This document shows positions 15,677-26,094 of a stretch of DNA of 42,401 bases, piece after piece. The position numbers and the translations under genes were made by a program. The DNA is from Bacteroidales bacterium. Lineage in GTDB: Bacteria > Bacteroidota > Bacteroidia > Bacteroidales > UBA1556. The notes below the pieces were generated by a model. The model made no database searches. It saw nothing but the letters and a program-made list of their open reading frames with translations, and had not been told where the DNA came from. The stretch spans positions 1-42,401 of the forward strand of contig JAOZPM010000005.1 in NCBI GenBank assembly GCA_029932765.1, given 5' to 3'. How positions within the stretch are numbered: the stretch's first letter is position 1; each line of letters starts with the position of its first letter.

Positions 15677-18481
15677 ATGTTTAAGTATTTACTATCATTA
15701 ATCATATTAACTTCATTAAGTTTTTTTGCTACAGCTCAAGAACAAGTTACTATTGATTTCAAAGCAGAAGTACCTATGGACGAGAACATTCGCCATGGAG
15801 TATTAGAAAATGGATTAACTTATTATATCCGTGCCAACTCAACTCCCGAAAACAGAGCTGAGTTTTTTCTTATAAATAATGTTGGTGCAATGCAGGAAAC
15901 TCCTGGCCAAAATGGTTTTGCACACCTAACTGAGCACATGTGCTTTAACGGAACAACAAATTTTGAGAAAAAAGACATTATTCATTACTTAGAATCTATA
16001 GGTATGAAGTTTGGACCAGAGATTAATGCATATACGGTTTATGACCAAACTGTATATACTTTAAATAAGGTACCAATAGAAACTATTGAGAACATTGATA
16101 CTTCATTGATGATTCTTTTTGAATGGGCTACAAATGTTACAATGGATACTGATGAAATTAATGCAGAACGTCTTGTTGTAAGAGAAGAGCTTCGTACTCG
16201 TAGCAGTGCAATGAGCCGTATGCGCGACGAAACTAACAAAGTGCTTTTTGAAAATTCTAAGTACGCTGTTCATAATATTATTGGAACTGTTGATGTAATT
16301 GACAACTCACCAGTAGATACCCTTAGAGCTTATTATAATGATTGGTACCGTCCTGATCTTCAGGCTATAATTATTGTTGGAGATATTGACGTAGACAAGA
16401 TGGAAGCTAAAGTTAAAGAGATATACTCTAAACTTCCAATGCCTAAGAATCCTAAAACACGCATAGAACATCAAATTCCTAATCATAAAGGAATTAAAGT
16501 TGCTCTAGCTCAAGATAAAGAGGCACAATACTCTATCATTCAAGCTACATACAAAAAAGATGTAGAAAAGAATAAAAACCAAAAGTACTATTACGAAGAA
16601 CATTTAAGTGCTTTATATGGCATTATGATTAATAACCGATTAGGAGAGCAAAGCCAAGCTGCTGACGCTCCATTTATGCAAGCTTTTGCCGGTTATAATT
16701 CAATGGTTCGTACAAAGGATGCTTATAGCTGTTTTGCTGTAACTGGAAATGATAAAATCAAAACTGGTTTTGAGGCTATCCTTATGGAGAACGAAAGAGT
16801 TAAGAAATTTGGCTTCTTAGAGTCAGAATTCGACAGGGCTAAAAAAGAATTATTATCTTCAAATGTTAAAGCATTTAAAGAAAGAAATAAGCGCAAAAGT
16901 GAAGTTTTTGCTAGTAACATTAAAGGTAATTACCTTACTAATGAACCTATCCCTAGTTCAGAGTGGGACTTTGGTTTTGTAACTTCATTTATGGAACAAG
17001 TAAAACTTGAAGAAGTAAATGCCTTAGCTAAAGAATGGATTGTTGATAGCAATATGGTTGTTCAAATATGGGCTCCAGAAAAAGAAGATGTTGATATGCC
17101 TACTGAAGCAGAAGTTTTTGCGATTATTGCAAAAGTTCATAGTGCTGAATTAGTTCAATATGTAGATGCTGAAGCTAATAAGCCACTAATAGCTAGAACT
17201 CCTGTTGCTGGAACTATAGTAAGTGAAGAAACAAAAGATGGTATTACTCGTTGGACATTAAGCAATGGAGTAAAAGTTGTAATCAAGACAACTAACTTTA
17301 AAGAGGATGAGATATTAATGAGAGCATATAGCGATGGTGGATGGAGTAAGACTAAAATGAAGGATGATGTGTCTGCTAAGATTGCTGCTGACGTTGTTGA
17401 TATGAGTGGTGTTGGTGAGTTTGATAATATAAGCTTAAAAAAGAAGCTTGCTGGAAAAACAGTAAGTATTAACCCTTACATTTCGCAAATAACAGAAGGC
17501 ATGAACGGTAGTTCTTCTATTGATGATTTCAACACACTATTAAAACTAAACTACCTGTATTTTACGAAGCCTAGAGCAGACAAAGATGCTTTTGAGAACT
17601 ATAAATCACAAACTTCAGATCAGCTTAAGAATAAGAATTCTAATCCACAGCAAGTGTTTATTGACAGCCTACGTTTAAGCATGTCGCAACATCACCCTCG
17701 CAAAAGAGTAATGACTGTAGATATGTTAAATGAAGCAAAATTAAACCGTATTAAGTACATCTTTGGTGAGCGTTTTGGAGACCCTTCAGGATTTACTTTC
17801 TATTTTGTGGGAAATATAGATATTGATGCTCAAAAAGACACTATTCTAACATACCTTGGTGGACTTCCAACTGTTACTCGTGAAGAAACTTACACTGACC
17901 TTGGTGTTAGAATGCCACAATCTCGTGTTGAGAATCATTTTACTAGAGAAATGGAAACTGAGAAAGCAACAGTATTTATTGCATTTACAGGAGAGTCTAA
18001 GAAAATAAGTATTGAGGACGAATTAAATCTTCAGATGGTAAAATCTTACCTTGATAATAGATATATGGAAACTCTTCGTGAAGAAATAGGTGGTACTTAT
18101 GGCGCTAGCGCATGGTCAAGCATTTCTCATAGACCAGTATCTGAATATAATATTGGAGTTTATTTTGATGCTGATCCTGCCAAACTTGATACAATGATTT
18201 ATGTTGTATATAAGGAAATGGATAATCTTATAGCTAATGGACCTTCGGAACTTGTTATTAAAAACACTGTTGAGAATAAGCTTAAGGAGCATTCTGAGAA
18301 AGCAAAAGAGAACCGATGGTGGATTAGTGTTATCATGAATGATGATATTAATAATCAAGATTATAAGCATTTTGATTATGATGGGTTTTGGAAAGGTATT
18401 ACACCAAAAAGTGTAAAGAAATTTGCTAAGAAGAAACTTGACAGCAAACGTACTGTAGAAGTAGTTCAAACTGTAAAATAA
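15677..18481 (+). CDS. Secreted M16 (insulinase/pitrilysin) family zinc peptidase
   Basis: 934 aa with a signal peptide, the inverted zinc motif HLTEHMCFNG (HxxEH), and a length consistent with duplicated M16 N/C halves. Confidence 0.9.
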   Translation: MFKYLLSLIILTSLSFFATAQEQVTIDFKAEVPMDENIRHGVLENGLTYYIRANSTPENRAEFFLINNVGAMQETPGQNGFAHLTEHMCFNGTTNFEKKDIIHYLESIGMKFGPEINAYTVYDQTVYTLNKVPIETIENIDTSLMILFEWATNVTMDTDEINAERLVVREELRTRSSAMSRMRDETNKVLFENSKYAVHNIIGTVDVIDNSPVDTLRAYYNDWYRPDLQAIIIVGDIDVDKMEAKVKEIYSKLPMPKNPKTRIEHQIPNHKGIKVALAQDKEAQYSIIQATYKKDVEKNKNQKYYYEEHLSALYGIMINNRLGEQSQAADAPFMQAFAGYNSMVRTKDAYSCFAVTGNDKIKTGFEAILMENERVKKFGFLESEFDRAKKELLSSNVKAFKERNKRKSEVFASNIKGNYLTNEPIPSSEWDFGFVTSFMEQVKLEEVNALAKEWIVDSNMVVQIWAPEKEDVDMPTEAEVFAIIAKVHSAELVQYVDAEANKPLIARTPVAGTIVSEETKDGITRWTLSNGVKVVIKTTNFKEDEILMRAYSDGGWSKTKMKDDVSAKIAADVVDMSGVGEFDNISLKKKLAGKTVSINPYISQITEGMNGSSSIDDFNTLLKLNYLYFTKPRADKDAFENYKSQTSDQLKNKNSNPQQVFIDSLRLSMSQHHPRKRVMTVDMLNEAKLNRIKYIFGERFGDPSGFTFYFVGNIDIDAQKDTILTYLGGLPTVTREETYTDLGVRMPQSRVENHFTREMETEKATVFIAFTGESKKISIEDELNLQMVKSYLDNRYMETLREEIGGTYGASAWSSISHRPVSEYNIGVYFDADPAKLDTMIYVVYKEMDNLIANGPSELVIKNTVENKLKEHSEKAKENRWWISVIMNDDINNQDYKHFDYDGFWKGITPKSVKKFAKKKLDSKRTVEVVQTVK

Positions 18482-18505
18482 AATAATCTCAAAACAAACA
18501 TATTT

Positions 18506-18542
18506 ATAGCCCAGTTATTTATTTAGCTGGGCTATTTTTTTG
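18506..18542 (+). terminator. Rho-independent terminator
   Basis: atagcccag-N12-ctgggctat followed by T8. Confidence 0.7.
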
Positions 18543-18577
18543 TGTTATGAAATAACAAAACTAAAACCTAAAATACC

Positions 18578-18585
18578 TAACTTTG
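18578..18585 (+). promoter_or_regulatory. -7 promoter box (TAACTTTG) only 4 nt before the uvrB ATG
   Basis: TAnnTTTG match. The spacing implies a leaderless or near-leaderless transcript if this box is functional. Confidence 0.3.
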
Positions 18586-18589
18586 TAAA

Positions 18590-20620
18590 ATGAATTTTAA
18601 ACTAGAATCAGATTTCAAACCTACCGGTGATCAACCCCAAGCTATAGAGCAATTAATAAATGGAGTTGAGCAAGGTCAAAATGGACAGGTGCTTCAGGGC
18701 GTTACTGGTTCTGGTAAAACATTTACCATTGCAAATGTTATTGCAAAACTTAATCGCCCTACCCTAATTCTAAGTCATAACAAAACCCTTGCAGCACAAT
18801 TATATGGAGAGTTTAAGCAATTCTTTCCTAATAATGCTGTAGAATATTTTGTTTCTTATTACGACTATTATCAGCCCGAGGCTTTTATCCCAACTACCAA
18901 TACGTATATTGAAAAAGATCTTCAGATAAATGATGAAATAGATAAATTGCGCTTAAGTACAACATCATCTCTTGTTTCTGGTCGTAGAGATGTAATAGTA
19001 GTTTCGTCAGTATCATGCATTTATTCATTGGGAAACCCTGCTGATATTACAAATAACATTGTGATGCTCACAGTAGGTCAGAATATTGATAGAGATTTAT
19101 TCTTAAGGCATTTAGTAAATAGTCTTTACTCAAGAAATGAGATTGATTTTCAGCGAGGCACATTTCGTGTAAAAGGAGATACTGTTGATGTTCATCCTGC
19201 AAATACTGATTTTGCATACAGAATTAGTTTTTGGGGTAATGAGGTTGAAAGCATTGATGTAATTGACCCTATGAGCGGCACAAAATCAGAGAGTCTTAAC
19301 TTTGTCAAAATATATCCTGCAAATATATTTGTAACAGATCAAAGCAAAATGAAGGATAACATATACCAAATACAAGATGATTTGGTAAAACAGATGGACT
19401 ACCTAAATTCAGTTGGAAAACCTTTGGAAGCAAAACGTCTTGAAGATAGAGTTACTTATGATTTAGAAATGATAAGAGAACTAGGATATTGTTCAGGAAT
19501 AGAAAATTACTCTAGATATTTTGACGGCAGAAAAGTTGGTCAGAGGCCATATGTACTTTTAGATTTTTTTCCTGAAGATTTTCTTATGGTAATAGACGAA
19601 AGTCATGTAACATTACCACAAATACGCGCAATGTATGGTGGCGATAAGTCACGTAAAACTAATTTGGTTGATTATGGTTTTAGGCTACCTTCAGCCATGG
19701 ATAACAGACCCTTAGTTTTTGATGAATTTGAACAAATAACTAAGCAAACACTATACGTATCAGCTACTCCAGCTGATTATGAGTTACAACGTGCCGAAGG
19801 TGTTGTTGTAGAACAAATGATTAGACCAACAGGATTATTAGATCCTATTATAGAGGTGCGACCAAGCGGAAACCAAGTTGACGACCTACTTAATGAAATT
19901 GAGATTCGTGTTGAGAAAAAAGAAAGAGTATTAGTTACAACACTTACCAAGAGAATGGCTGAGGAGTTAAATAAGTATTTCTTAAATCTAAGTATTAGAA
20001 GTAGATATATACATTCGGAAGTTGACACACTAGAGCGTGTAGAAATTCTTCGTGAACTACGCCTAGGTAGTTTTGATGTATTAATAGGAGTAAACCTACT
20101 TCGTGAAGGGCTTGATTTACCAGAAGTATCGTTAGTAGCAATTCTTGATGCTGATAAAGAGGGTTTTCTTCGTTCGGAACGTTCTCTTACTCAAACTGCT
20201 GGAAGAGCTGCAAGAAATGTGAATAGCTTAGTTCTTTTCTATGGCGATAAAATCACTAATTCCATGCGAAAAACTATTGACGAAACTAACAGAAGAAGAT
20301 CGATACAAATAGCATATAACGAAAAGCATGGCATTACACCTACACAAATAAAAAGATCTACAGACTCAATAATGAACCAAACTGCTGTTGCAAACTCACA
20401 TATCGACAAGCAAAATGCAAAATATAGTGCTGCCGAAAATAGAACTTCAGTTGCAGCTGACCCAGTAGTAAAATACATGAATGCTAATCAGCTAAAAAAA
20501 GCTATTAAAAAGAGTAAGCAAAGTATGGCAAAAGCAGTCAAAGAGCTTGATTTTATTGAGGCAGCAAGATATAGAGATGAGATTAATGACTATAATAAAT
20601 TATTAGAAAAATATAATTAA
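18590..20620 (+). CDS. uvrB: Excinuclease ABC subunit B
   Basis: It has the N-terminus FKLESDFKPTGDQPQAI, Walker A GVTGSGKT, a DESH box and a C-terminal UVR domain (FIEAARYRDEI). Confidence 0.97.
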   Translation: MNFKLESDFKPTGDQPQAIEQLINGVEQGQNGQVLQGVTGSGKTFTIANVIAKLNRPTLILSHNKTLAAQLYGEFKQFFPNNAVEYFVSYYDYYQPEAFIPTTNTYIEKDLQINDEIDKLRLSTTSSLVSGRRDVIVVSSVSCIYSLGNPADITNNIVMLTVGQNIDRDLFLRHLVNSLYSRNEIDFQRGTFRVKGDTVDVHPANTDFAYRISFWGNEVESIDVIDPMSGTKSESLNFVKIYPANIFVTDQSKMKDNIYQIQDDLVKQMDYLNSVGKPLEAKRLEDRVTYDLEMIRELGYCSGIENYSRYFDGRKVGQRPYVLLDFFPEDFLMVIDESHVTLPQIRAMYGGDKSRKTNLVDYGFRLPSAMDNRPLVFDEFEQITKQTLYVSATPADYELQRAEGVVVEQMIRPTGLLDPIIEVRPSGNQVDDLLNEIEIRVEKKERVLVTTLTKRMAEELNKYFLNLSIRSRYIHSEVDTLERVEILRELRLGSFDVLIGVNLLREGLDLPEVSLVAILDADKEGFLRSERSLTQTAGRAARNVNSLVLFYGDKITNSMRKTIDETNRRRSIQIAYNEKHGITPTQIKRSTDSIMNQTAVANSHIDKQNAKYSAAENRTSVAADPVVKYMNANQLKKAIKKSKQSMAKAVKELDFIEAARYRDEINDYNKLLEKYN

Positions 20621-20648
20621 TTATTTAGATTATAAACATAATTAAGAC

Positions 20649-20656
20649 TACTTTTG
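20649..20656 (+). promoter_or_regulatory. -7 promoter box (TACTTTTG)
   Basis: TAnnTTTG match upstream of the ClC gene. Confidence 0.4.
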
Positions 20657-20726
20657 TCGCCTTTAAAAAATACTTTATTATATGATAATATAGTTTTTTA
20701 CAATACATACAATACTCTTAAAAATA

Positions 20727-22508
20727 GTGAAGCAATACATCAAACAATTACGCCGTAGGTTATATATATATCGCATACGATATATTAGTCCAAAGAATTT
20801 TATTATGATTCTTAGTGCTTTAGTTGGTCTATTGGCTGGATTAGCAGCTGTAGCAATTAAGAATGCTGTTCACTATACTCAATATTTAGTAGAAACAATA
20901 GTAACAACATTTCAGCTTAAATTTCTATACTTTTTACTCCCTATTATAGGAATTGGGCTTACAATAATTTTCATAAAATACGTATTAAAAAGACCTGTTG
21001 GTCATGGTATTCCATCTGTACTTTATGCCCTTTCTAAAACCAATGGAAAGATAAGAAGCAACAATATGTTTTCTTCAATTATAACAAGTGCTCTTACAGT
21101 AGGATTTGGAGGATCGGTTGGGCTAGAGGGTCCTACTGTATCTACTGGTGCTGCTTTTGGATCTAATATAGGAATAGCTTTACGACTTAATTACAAACAA
21201 CTTATTATACTTTTGGGAGCAGCAACGGCAGCAGCAATGGCCGCTATTTTTAAAGCACCTATTGCAGCAGTAGTTTTTGCATTGGAGGTAATAATGATTG
21301 ACCTTACTGTTGCATCAGTAGTACCCTTGCTAATTGCCTCAGCAACGGCAGCCTTAACATCTATGTTTTTTCTTGGAGTAGGAACAATATACCCTGTACA
21401 GATTATTGAGTCATATAAATTAGCAGAATTACCCTACTACATTTTATTGGGAGTATTCTCTGGCCTATTAGCAGTATATTTCACAAGAGTATATATGTTT
21501 ATTACAGAAACCTTTGACGCAATGGAAAGTGTTTGGAAAAGGCTATTTATTGGTGGTGCTTTATTGGGTTTAATAATTTTCTTTTTCCCTTCCTTATATG
21601 GTGAGGGTTTCGAAGGTATTAACGCTGCTTTAGCAGGAAATACAGAACATGTGTTCTTCAACACATTCTACAGTAATTTAGATGATAATTTTCTATATAC
21701 AATTGGATTTATTATTTTAATCTTACTTTTTAAAGTAATAGCTACATCTCTTACTTTTGGCGCGGGTGGTGTAGGTGGAATTTTTGCTCCTTCCCTATTC
21801 TTAGGTAGTAACTTAGGTCTTCTTTTTGCATATTTAGTAAATCATTTCAAACAGATTTCTATAAATAGTAGTCACTTTGCATTGGCAGGCATGGCTGGAC
21901 TAATTGCAGCTAATCTACATGCACCATTAACAGCAATTTTCCTTATTGGGGACCTTACTGGTGGCTATCAAATGTTAATTCCATTAATGATTGTAAGCGT
22001 AGTGGCTTATTCCACTGTAAAAATCTTTCAATCTAATTCGGTATATACAATTCAGCTTGCAAAACGTGGAGAACTTCGCACCCACAACCCTGATACTAAC
22101 ATTTTAGGTATGATGACTATAAATAAGGTTATTGAACGTAATTTCTATACTGTAAATAGGAATCAAACTTTGGGTCAATTAGTAATGGTAATTGCAAAAT
22201 CTCAAAGAAATATTTTTCCTGTTGTAGATATGGATAATAATTTTGAAGGAGTTATTGCTATGGATAACGTTCGTGAAATTATGTTTAATACAGAGTTATA
22301 CGAAACAACATTTGTTTCTGACCTCATGTATTGTAATATTGAGGTGATAAATATGAATGACACTATGAATAATATTGCTGAGAAATTTCATAAATCATCA
22401 AATTACAATATCCCTGTAGTTGACAATGGCAAATATGTTGGATTTGTATCAAGAGCAAACGTATTTTCTACCTATCGAAAGATGTTGAAATATTTTGCTG
22501 AAGATTAG
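20727..22508 (+). CDS. ClC-family chloride channel/antiporter with a C-terminal CBS pair
   Basis: The ClC motifs GGSVGLEGP and GGVGGIFAPS are present, with two CBS-like repeats at the C-terminus. The start at 20727 is GTG, and an alternative ATG lies at 20805. Confidence 0.88.
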   Translation: MKQYIKQLRRRLYIYRIRYISPKNFIMILSALVGLLAGLAAVAIKNAVHYTQYLVETIVTTFQLKFLYFLLPIIGIGLTIIFIKYVLKRPVGHGIPSVLYALSKTNGKIRSNNMFSSIITSALTVGFGGSVGLEGPTVSTGAAFGSNIGIALRLNYKQLIILLGAATAAAMAAIFKAPIAAVVFALEVIMIDLTVASVVPLLIASATAALTSMFFLGVGTIYPVQIIESYKLAELPYYILLGVFSGLLAVYFTRVYMFITETFDAMESVWKRLFIGGALLGLIIFFFPSLYGEGFEGINAALAGNTEHVFFNTFYSNLDDNFLYTIGFIILILLFKVIATSLTFGAGGVGGIFAPSLFLGSNLGLLFAYLVNHFKQISINSSHFALAGMAGLIAANLHAPLTAIFLIGDLTGGYQMLIPLMIVSVVAYSTVKIFQSNSVYTIQLAKRGELRTHNPDTNILGMMTINKVIERNFYTVNRNQTLGQLVMVIAKSQRNIFPVVDMDNNFEGVIAMDNVREIMFNTELYETTFVSDLMYCNIEVINMNDTMNNIAEKFHKSSNYNIPVVDNGKYVGFVSRANVFSTYRKMLKYFAED

Positions 22509-22520
22509 TATAATTAATTC

Positions 22521-22528
22521 TAACTTTG
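22521..22528 (+). promoter_or_regulatory. -7 promoter box (TAACTTTG)
   Basis: TAnnTTTG match, but 99 nt upstream of the ATG at 22627. Confidence 0.3.
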
Positions 22529-22626
22529 TAAATAATATAAATATATAATCAAAAGGCATTTGTGACAAATAATAATTTGACTTATTATTACTTCTTGGAG
22601 AGATATTTTAACATAAAACATATCAA

Positions 22627-23388
22627 ATGAGATTAACGTTTTTGGGCACCGGAACCTCACAAGGCATACCTGTAATAGGCTGCAAATGTGCTATCTGCCA
22701 AAGCGATAATGAAAAAGATAAACGACTAAGGAGCTCTGTTTTAATAGAAAATGAAGATGATATTTTCACAATTGACGCAGGCCCAGATTTCAGACAACAG
22801 TTATTAAAACAAAATACAGATAAGCTTTCTGCTGTACTAATCACTCATGGACATAAAGATCATATTGGTGGACTCGACGACATAAGAGCCTTTAACTACC
22901 TACAAAAAGAACCAATGAATATATGGGCAGATAAGTCTGCTATTGATAGCATAAAAAAGGAATTCCATTATGCATTTGCCAAAAAAAGAAATCCCGGACT
23001 TCCTAGTTTCAACCTCAAGGAAATAACGGAAGAGAAAATAATTATTGGCAACACAACAATAACACCCATAGCATTATTGCACCATAAACTAAGCGTTAAA
23101 GCTTTTAGATTAAATGACTTAACATATATTACTGATGCTAATTTTATCCCTAAAGAATCCTATGAATTGCTCAAAGGCACAAAGATTCTCATAATAAATG
23201 CATTACGTAAGGAGAAGCATATTTCTCATTTTAATTTAGAAGAAGCTTTAGAAGTAATAAAGAAAGTAAATCCAAATAAGGCATATATTACACATATTAG
23301 TCATTTAATGGGTACTCATAATGAGACAAGTATAGAACTACCAAATAATGTGAGTTTTGCTTATGATGGTTTAAGAATTGAATTCTAA
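22627..23388 (+). CDS. MBL-fold metallo-hydrolase (PhnP/GPMS-like)
   Basis: It has the HxHxDH motif ITHGHKDHIGG and an N-terminal CxxC (IGCKCAIC). Confidence 0.85.
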   Translation: MRLTFLGTGTSQGIPVIGCKCAICQSDNEKDKRLRSSVLIENEDDIFTIDAGPDFRQQLLKQNTDKLSAVLITHGHKDHIGGLDDIRAFNYLQKEPMNIWADKSAIDSIKKEFHYAFAKKRNPGLPSFNLKEITEEKIIIGNTTITPIALLHHKLSVKAFRLNDLTYITDANFIPKESYELLKGTKILIINALRKEKHISHFNLEEALEVIKKVNPNKAYITHISHLMGTHNETSIELPNNVSFAYDGLRIEF

Positions 23389-24260
23389 TGAAAAAAGTAG
23401 AGAAAAGACTTATTGTAATTGCAGGACCAACAGCTGTTGGCAAAACTAGCTATGCCATAAAACTAGCACAGGAGTATAATACTGAAATTATATCTACCGA
23501 TTCGCGACAATTTTATAGGGAATTGCAAATTGGGACTGCTGCTCCTACTGAAGAGGAATTAAATGCGGCACCACATCATTTTATTGGCAATCTTTCTATT
23601 CACAATTACTATAATGTATCCATTTATGAAAAAGAAGCCATAAAAAAAATAGAAGAACTATTTAAGACTCATGATACTGTAATTGCAGTTGGAGGCTCAG
23701 GTTTGTATATTGATGCACTATGCTATGGTATAGATAATTTGCCTGATGCCGAGCCTAAACTACGACAAGAGATAAAAGATAAATTTGCTACTTATGGCAT
23801 TGAATACCTTCAGGATGAAGTTCGCAGATTAGACCCTGACTATTTTGCAAAGGCTGATATAAACAATCATAAAAGGCTTCAAAGAGCTCTTGAAGTTTGC
23901 ATACAAACTGGCAAAACATACTCATCGCAACGTACTGAAAAAAAAATTAAAAGAAATTTTAAAATAGAGAAGATTGTAATGAATATGCCTAGAGAAATCC
24001 TTTACGATAGAATAAATAAACGTGTTGATATTATGGTTGAAGAAGGGCTTATTGAAGAAGTAAAAGGGCTTATTCCAAATAAAGACCTTAATGCTCTGAA
24101 TACTGTTGGTTATAAAGAACTATTTCAATATTTTGACAATAACATAAGCTTAGAACAAGCCATTACGGATATTAAAACTCATAGCCGCAGATATGCAAAA
24201 CGGCAACTTACATGGTTTAAAAGATATGATGATTTCACTTGGATTGAAAACAATAAATAA
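23388..24260 (+). CDS. miaA: tRNA dimethylallyltransferase
   Basis: It has the P-loop GPTAVGKTS, the DSRQFYRELQIGTAAPT motif and RYAKRQLTWF. Its ATG overlaps the upstream TAA. Confidence 0.95.
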   Translation: MKKVEKRLIVIAGPTAVGKTSYAIKLAQEYNTEIISTDSRQFYRELQIGTAAPTEEELNAAPHHFIGNLSIHNYYNVSIYEKEAIKKIEELFKTHDTVIAVGGSGLYIDALCYGIDNLPDAEPKLRQEIKDKFATYGIEYLQDEVRRLDPDYFAKADINNHKRLQRALEVCIQTGKTYSSQRTEKKIKRNFKIEKIVMNMPREILYDRINKRVDIMVEEGLIEEVKGLIPNKDLNALNTVGYKELFQYFDNNISLEQAITDIKTHSRRYAKRQLTWFKRYDDFTWIENNK

Positions 24261-24333
24261 CAACCCATTATCAAACTAATTATAAAATAAGTTATTCTTT
24301 TAGCAATTTTAGTATAAATACAATAAATAGTTT

Positions 24334-24341
24334 TATATTTG
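24334..24341 (+). promoter_or_regulatory. -7 promoter box (TATATTTG)
   Basis: TAnnTTTG match 25 nt upstream of the ATG at 24366. It overlaps the TTG at 24339 that the ORF track used as the start. Confidence 0.45.
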
Positions 24342-24365
24342 CTAATAATAGTAATAATAAAACTT

Positions 24366-26090
24366 ATGAAAGCACCTTATTTATTAAGCGAAGTTGACGA
24401 TCAAAATCTATTCAATTTCTTAAAAAACACTGCGAAAAAATTTCCAGAAAATCCTGCATTATGTTATGTTGGAGAGGATTACATACTTTATAAAGATTTC
24501 CATAAGAAAGCTTTAGAGATAGCAATTTGTCTTAAAAACAATAATATAGAATTTGGTGATAGAGTTGCCATTTGGAGTGAGAATGGTCCTAATTGGCTAA
24601 TATCATATTTTGCAATTGTAAGTATTGGAGCTGTTGCCGTTCCAATATTACCAGATTTTTCAGCAAAAGAGGCTGAGCATATTCTTGATCACTCAGGTTC
24701 AAAGCTATCTTTTATATCACTAAATCAGGCTAATAAATTAAAAAATGCAAATATCAAGATTGCTAGTAAAATAGTCCTTGTAAACGACTTTACTACAAAT
24801 ATAAATGAAGAATTAATAGGACAAGATAATTTTTGCGATGCTAATGAGAAAGATGTTGAAGATTTCAAATTACCAAAGGTTGTAGGAAAAGATCTCGCTT
24901 CAATTATTTATACAAGCGGAACAACTGGCACTTCGAAAGGAGTAATGCTTACTCATAAGAATCTTTTTTCTAATAGCATACAATGTTATGATACATATGC
25001 TGTTACAGAAAAAGATCGCTTCCTTTCTATACTTCCAATGTCGCATTCTTATGAGTTCACTTTAGGAAATATATATGGTGTAATGTGTGGAGCATCAATT
25101 CACTATATTAAGAAGCCGCCAACAGCATCAGTATTAATGCCAGCATTAAAGTCAGTAAAACCAACATTAATGTTTACAGTACCTTTGATTATGGACAAGA
25201 TTTTTAAATCTAAAATACGTCCAGAGCTTACAAGTTCCCCTTTAAAGCGGTTCTTATACAATATGACATTTACACGCAAGCTACTGCATAGAATAGCTGG
25301 AAAAAAATTATATAGTACATTTGGTGGACAATTACAATTCTTTGGAATTGGAGGCTCTAAACTAGATGAAGATGTTGATAGATTCCTTCATGAAGCTAAG
25401 TTCCCTTATGCAATAGGCTATGGTCTTACCGAAACTTCTCCTCTATTAGCAGGAGCAACTCCCGGCAAAGGCAAAGTTGGCTCTACAGGTCCTGCAGTAC
25501 TTGGGACTACATTAAAGCTTAGAAACATTGATCCAAAAACTGGAGAAGGTGAAATTATAGCCTATGGTCCTAATATAATGCAAGGATATTATAAAGCCGA
25601 TGAACTAAATAAAGATGTATTTACTGAGGATGGTGGCTTTATAACTGGTGACACAGGTATATTTGATAAGGATAATTCCTTATTTATAAAAGGTAGAATT
25701 AAGAATATGATTCTAGGGCCTAGCGGAGAGAATATATTCCCTGAAGAAATTGAAGCTCAGATAAATAAAAGTGAATGGGTATTGGAATCACTTGTATATG
25801 AGCTTAAAGGAAAAGTTGTAGCAAGGGTAGAGATTAATAATGAAGAATTTCATAAACAATTTGCTCACTTAAAAGATAAGACTAACGAAATTGAAAACAC
25901 TATTAACGAAATTCTTGGCAATATTAAGAAATCCGTTAATAATGAGGTTAATAAATTTTCGAAGCTTAGTAATATTTTTGAGCAAAAAGAACCTTTTGTT
26001 AAAACTCCAACAAAGAAAATTAAGAGATATCTTTATAAGGATAAAGAAGCCCATGAAAATCCTGAGGAGAAACAAATTGAAGAGAAATAG
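24366..26090 (+). CDS. Long-chain fatty acid-CoA ligase (AMP-binding family)
   Basis: It has the motifs YTSGTTGTSKGV, GYGLTETS and TGDTG. I moved the start to the ATG at 24366 (MKAPYLL) because the upstream TTG lies inside the predicted promoter box. Confidence 0.88.
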   Translation: MKAPYLLSEVDDQNLFNFLKNTAKKFPENPALCYVGEDYILYKDFHKKALEIAICLKNNNIEFGDRVAIWSENGPNWLISYFAIVSIGAVAVPILPDFSAKEAEHILDHSGSKLSFISLNQANKLKNANIKIASKIVLVNDFTTNINEELIGQDNFCDANEKDVEDFKLPKVVGKDLASIIYTSGTTGTSKGVMLTHKNLFSNSIQCYDTYAVTEKDRFLSILPMSHSYEFTLGNIYGVMCGASIHYIKKPPTASVLMPALKSVKPTLMFTVPLIMDKIFKSKIRPELTSSPLKRFLYNMTFTRKLLHRIAGKKLYSTFGGQLQFFGIGGSKLDEDVDRFLHEAKFPYAIGYGLTETSPLLAGATPGKGKVGSTGPAVLGTTLKLRNIDPKTGEGEIIAYGPNIMQGYYKADELNKDVFTEDGGFITGDTGIFDKDNSLFIKGRIKNMILGPSGENIFPEEIEAQINKSEWVLESLVYELKGKVVARVEINNEEFHKQFAHLKDKTNEIENTINEILGNIKKSVNNEVNKFSKLSNIFEQKEPFVKTPTKKIKRYLYKDKEAHENPEEKQIEEK

Positions 26091-26094
26091 TATA

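Noticed and set aside
20727-20805. Alternative ATG start (20805) for the ClC channel in place of the GTG at 20727
   Set aside because: This is not resolved. I kept the longer GTG start because ClC proteins usually have a basic cytoplasmic N-terminal segment before TM1, and the -7 box at 20649 allows it. The start is flagged as uncertain.
8914-22508. A functional link between the CCC chimera and the ClC channel 6.7 kb away
   Set aside because: They are separated by four unrelated transcription units with their own promoters and terminators. The co-location is noted but not claimed as a system.
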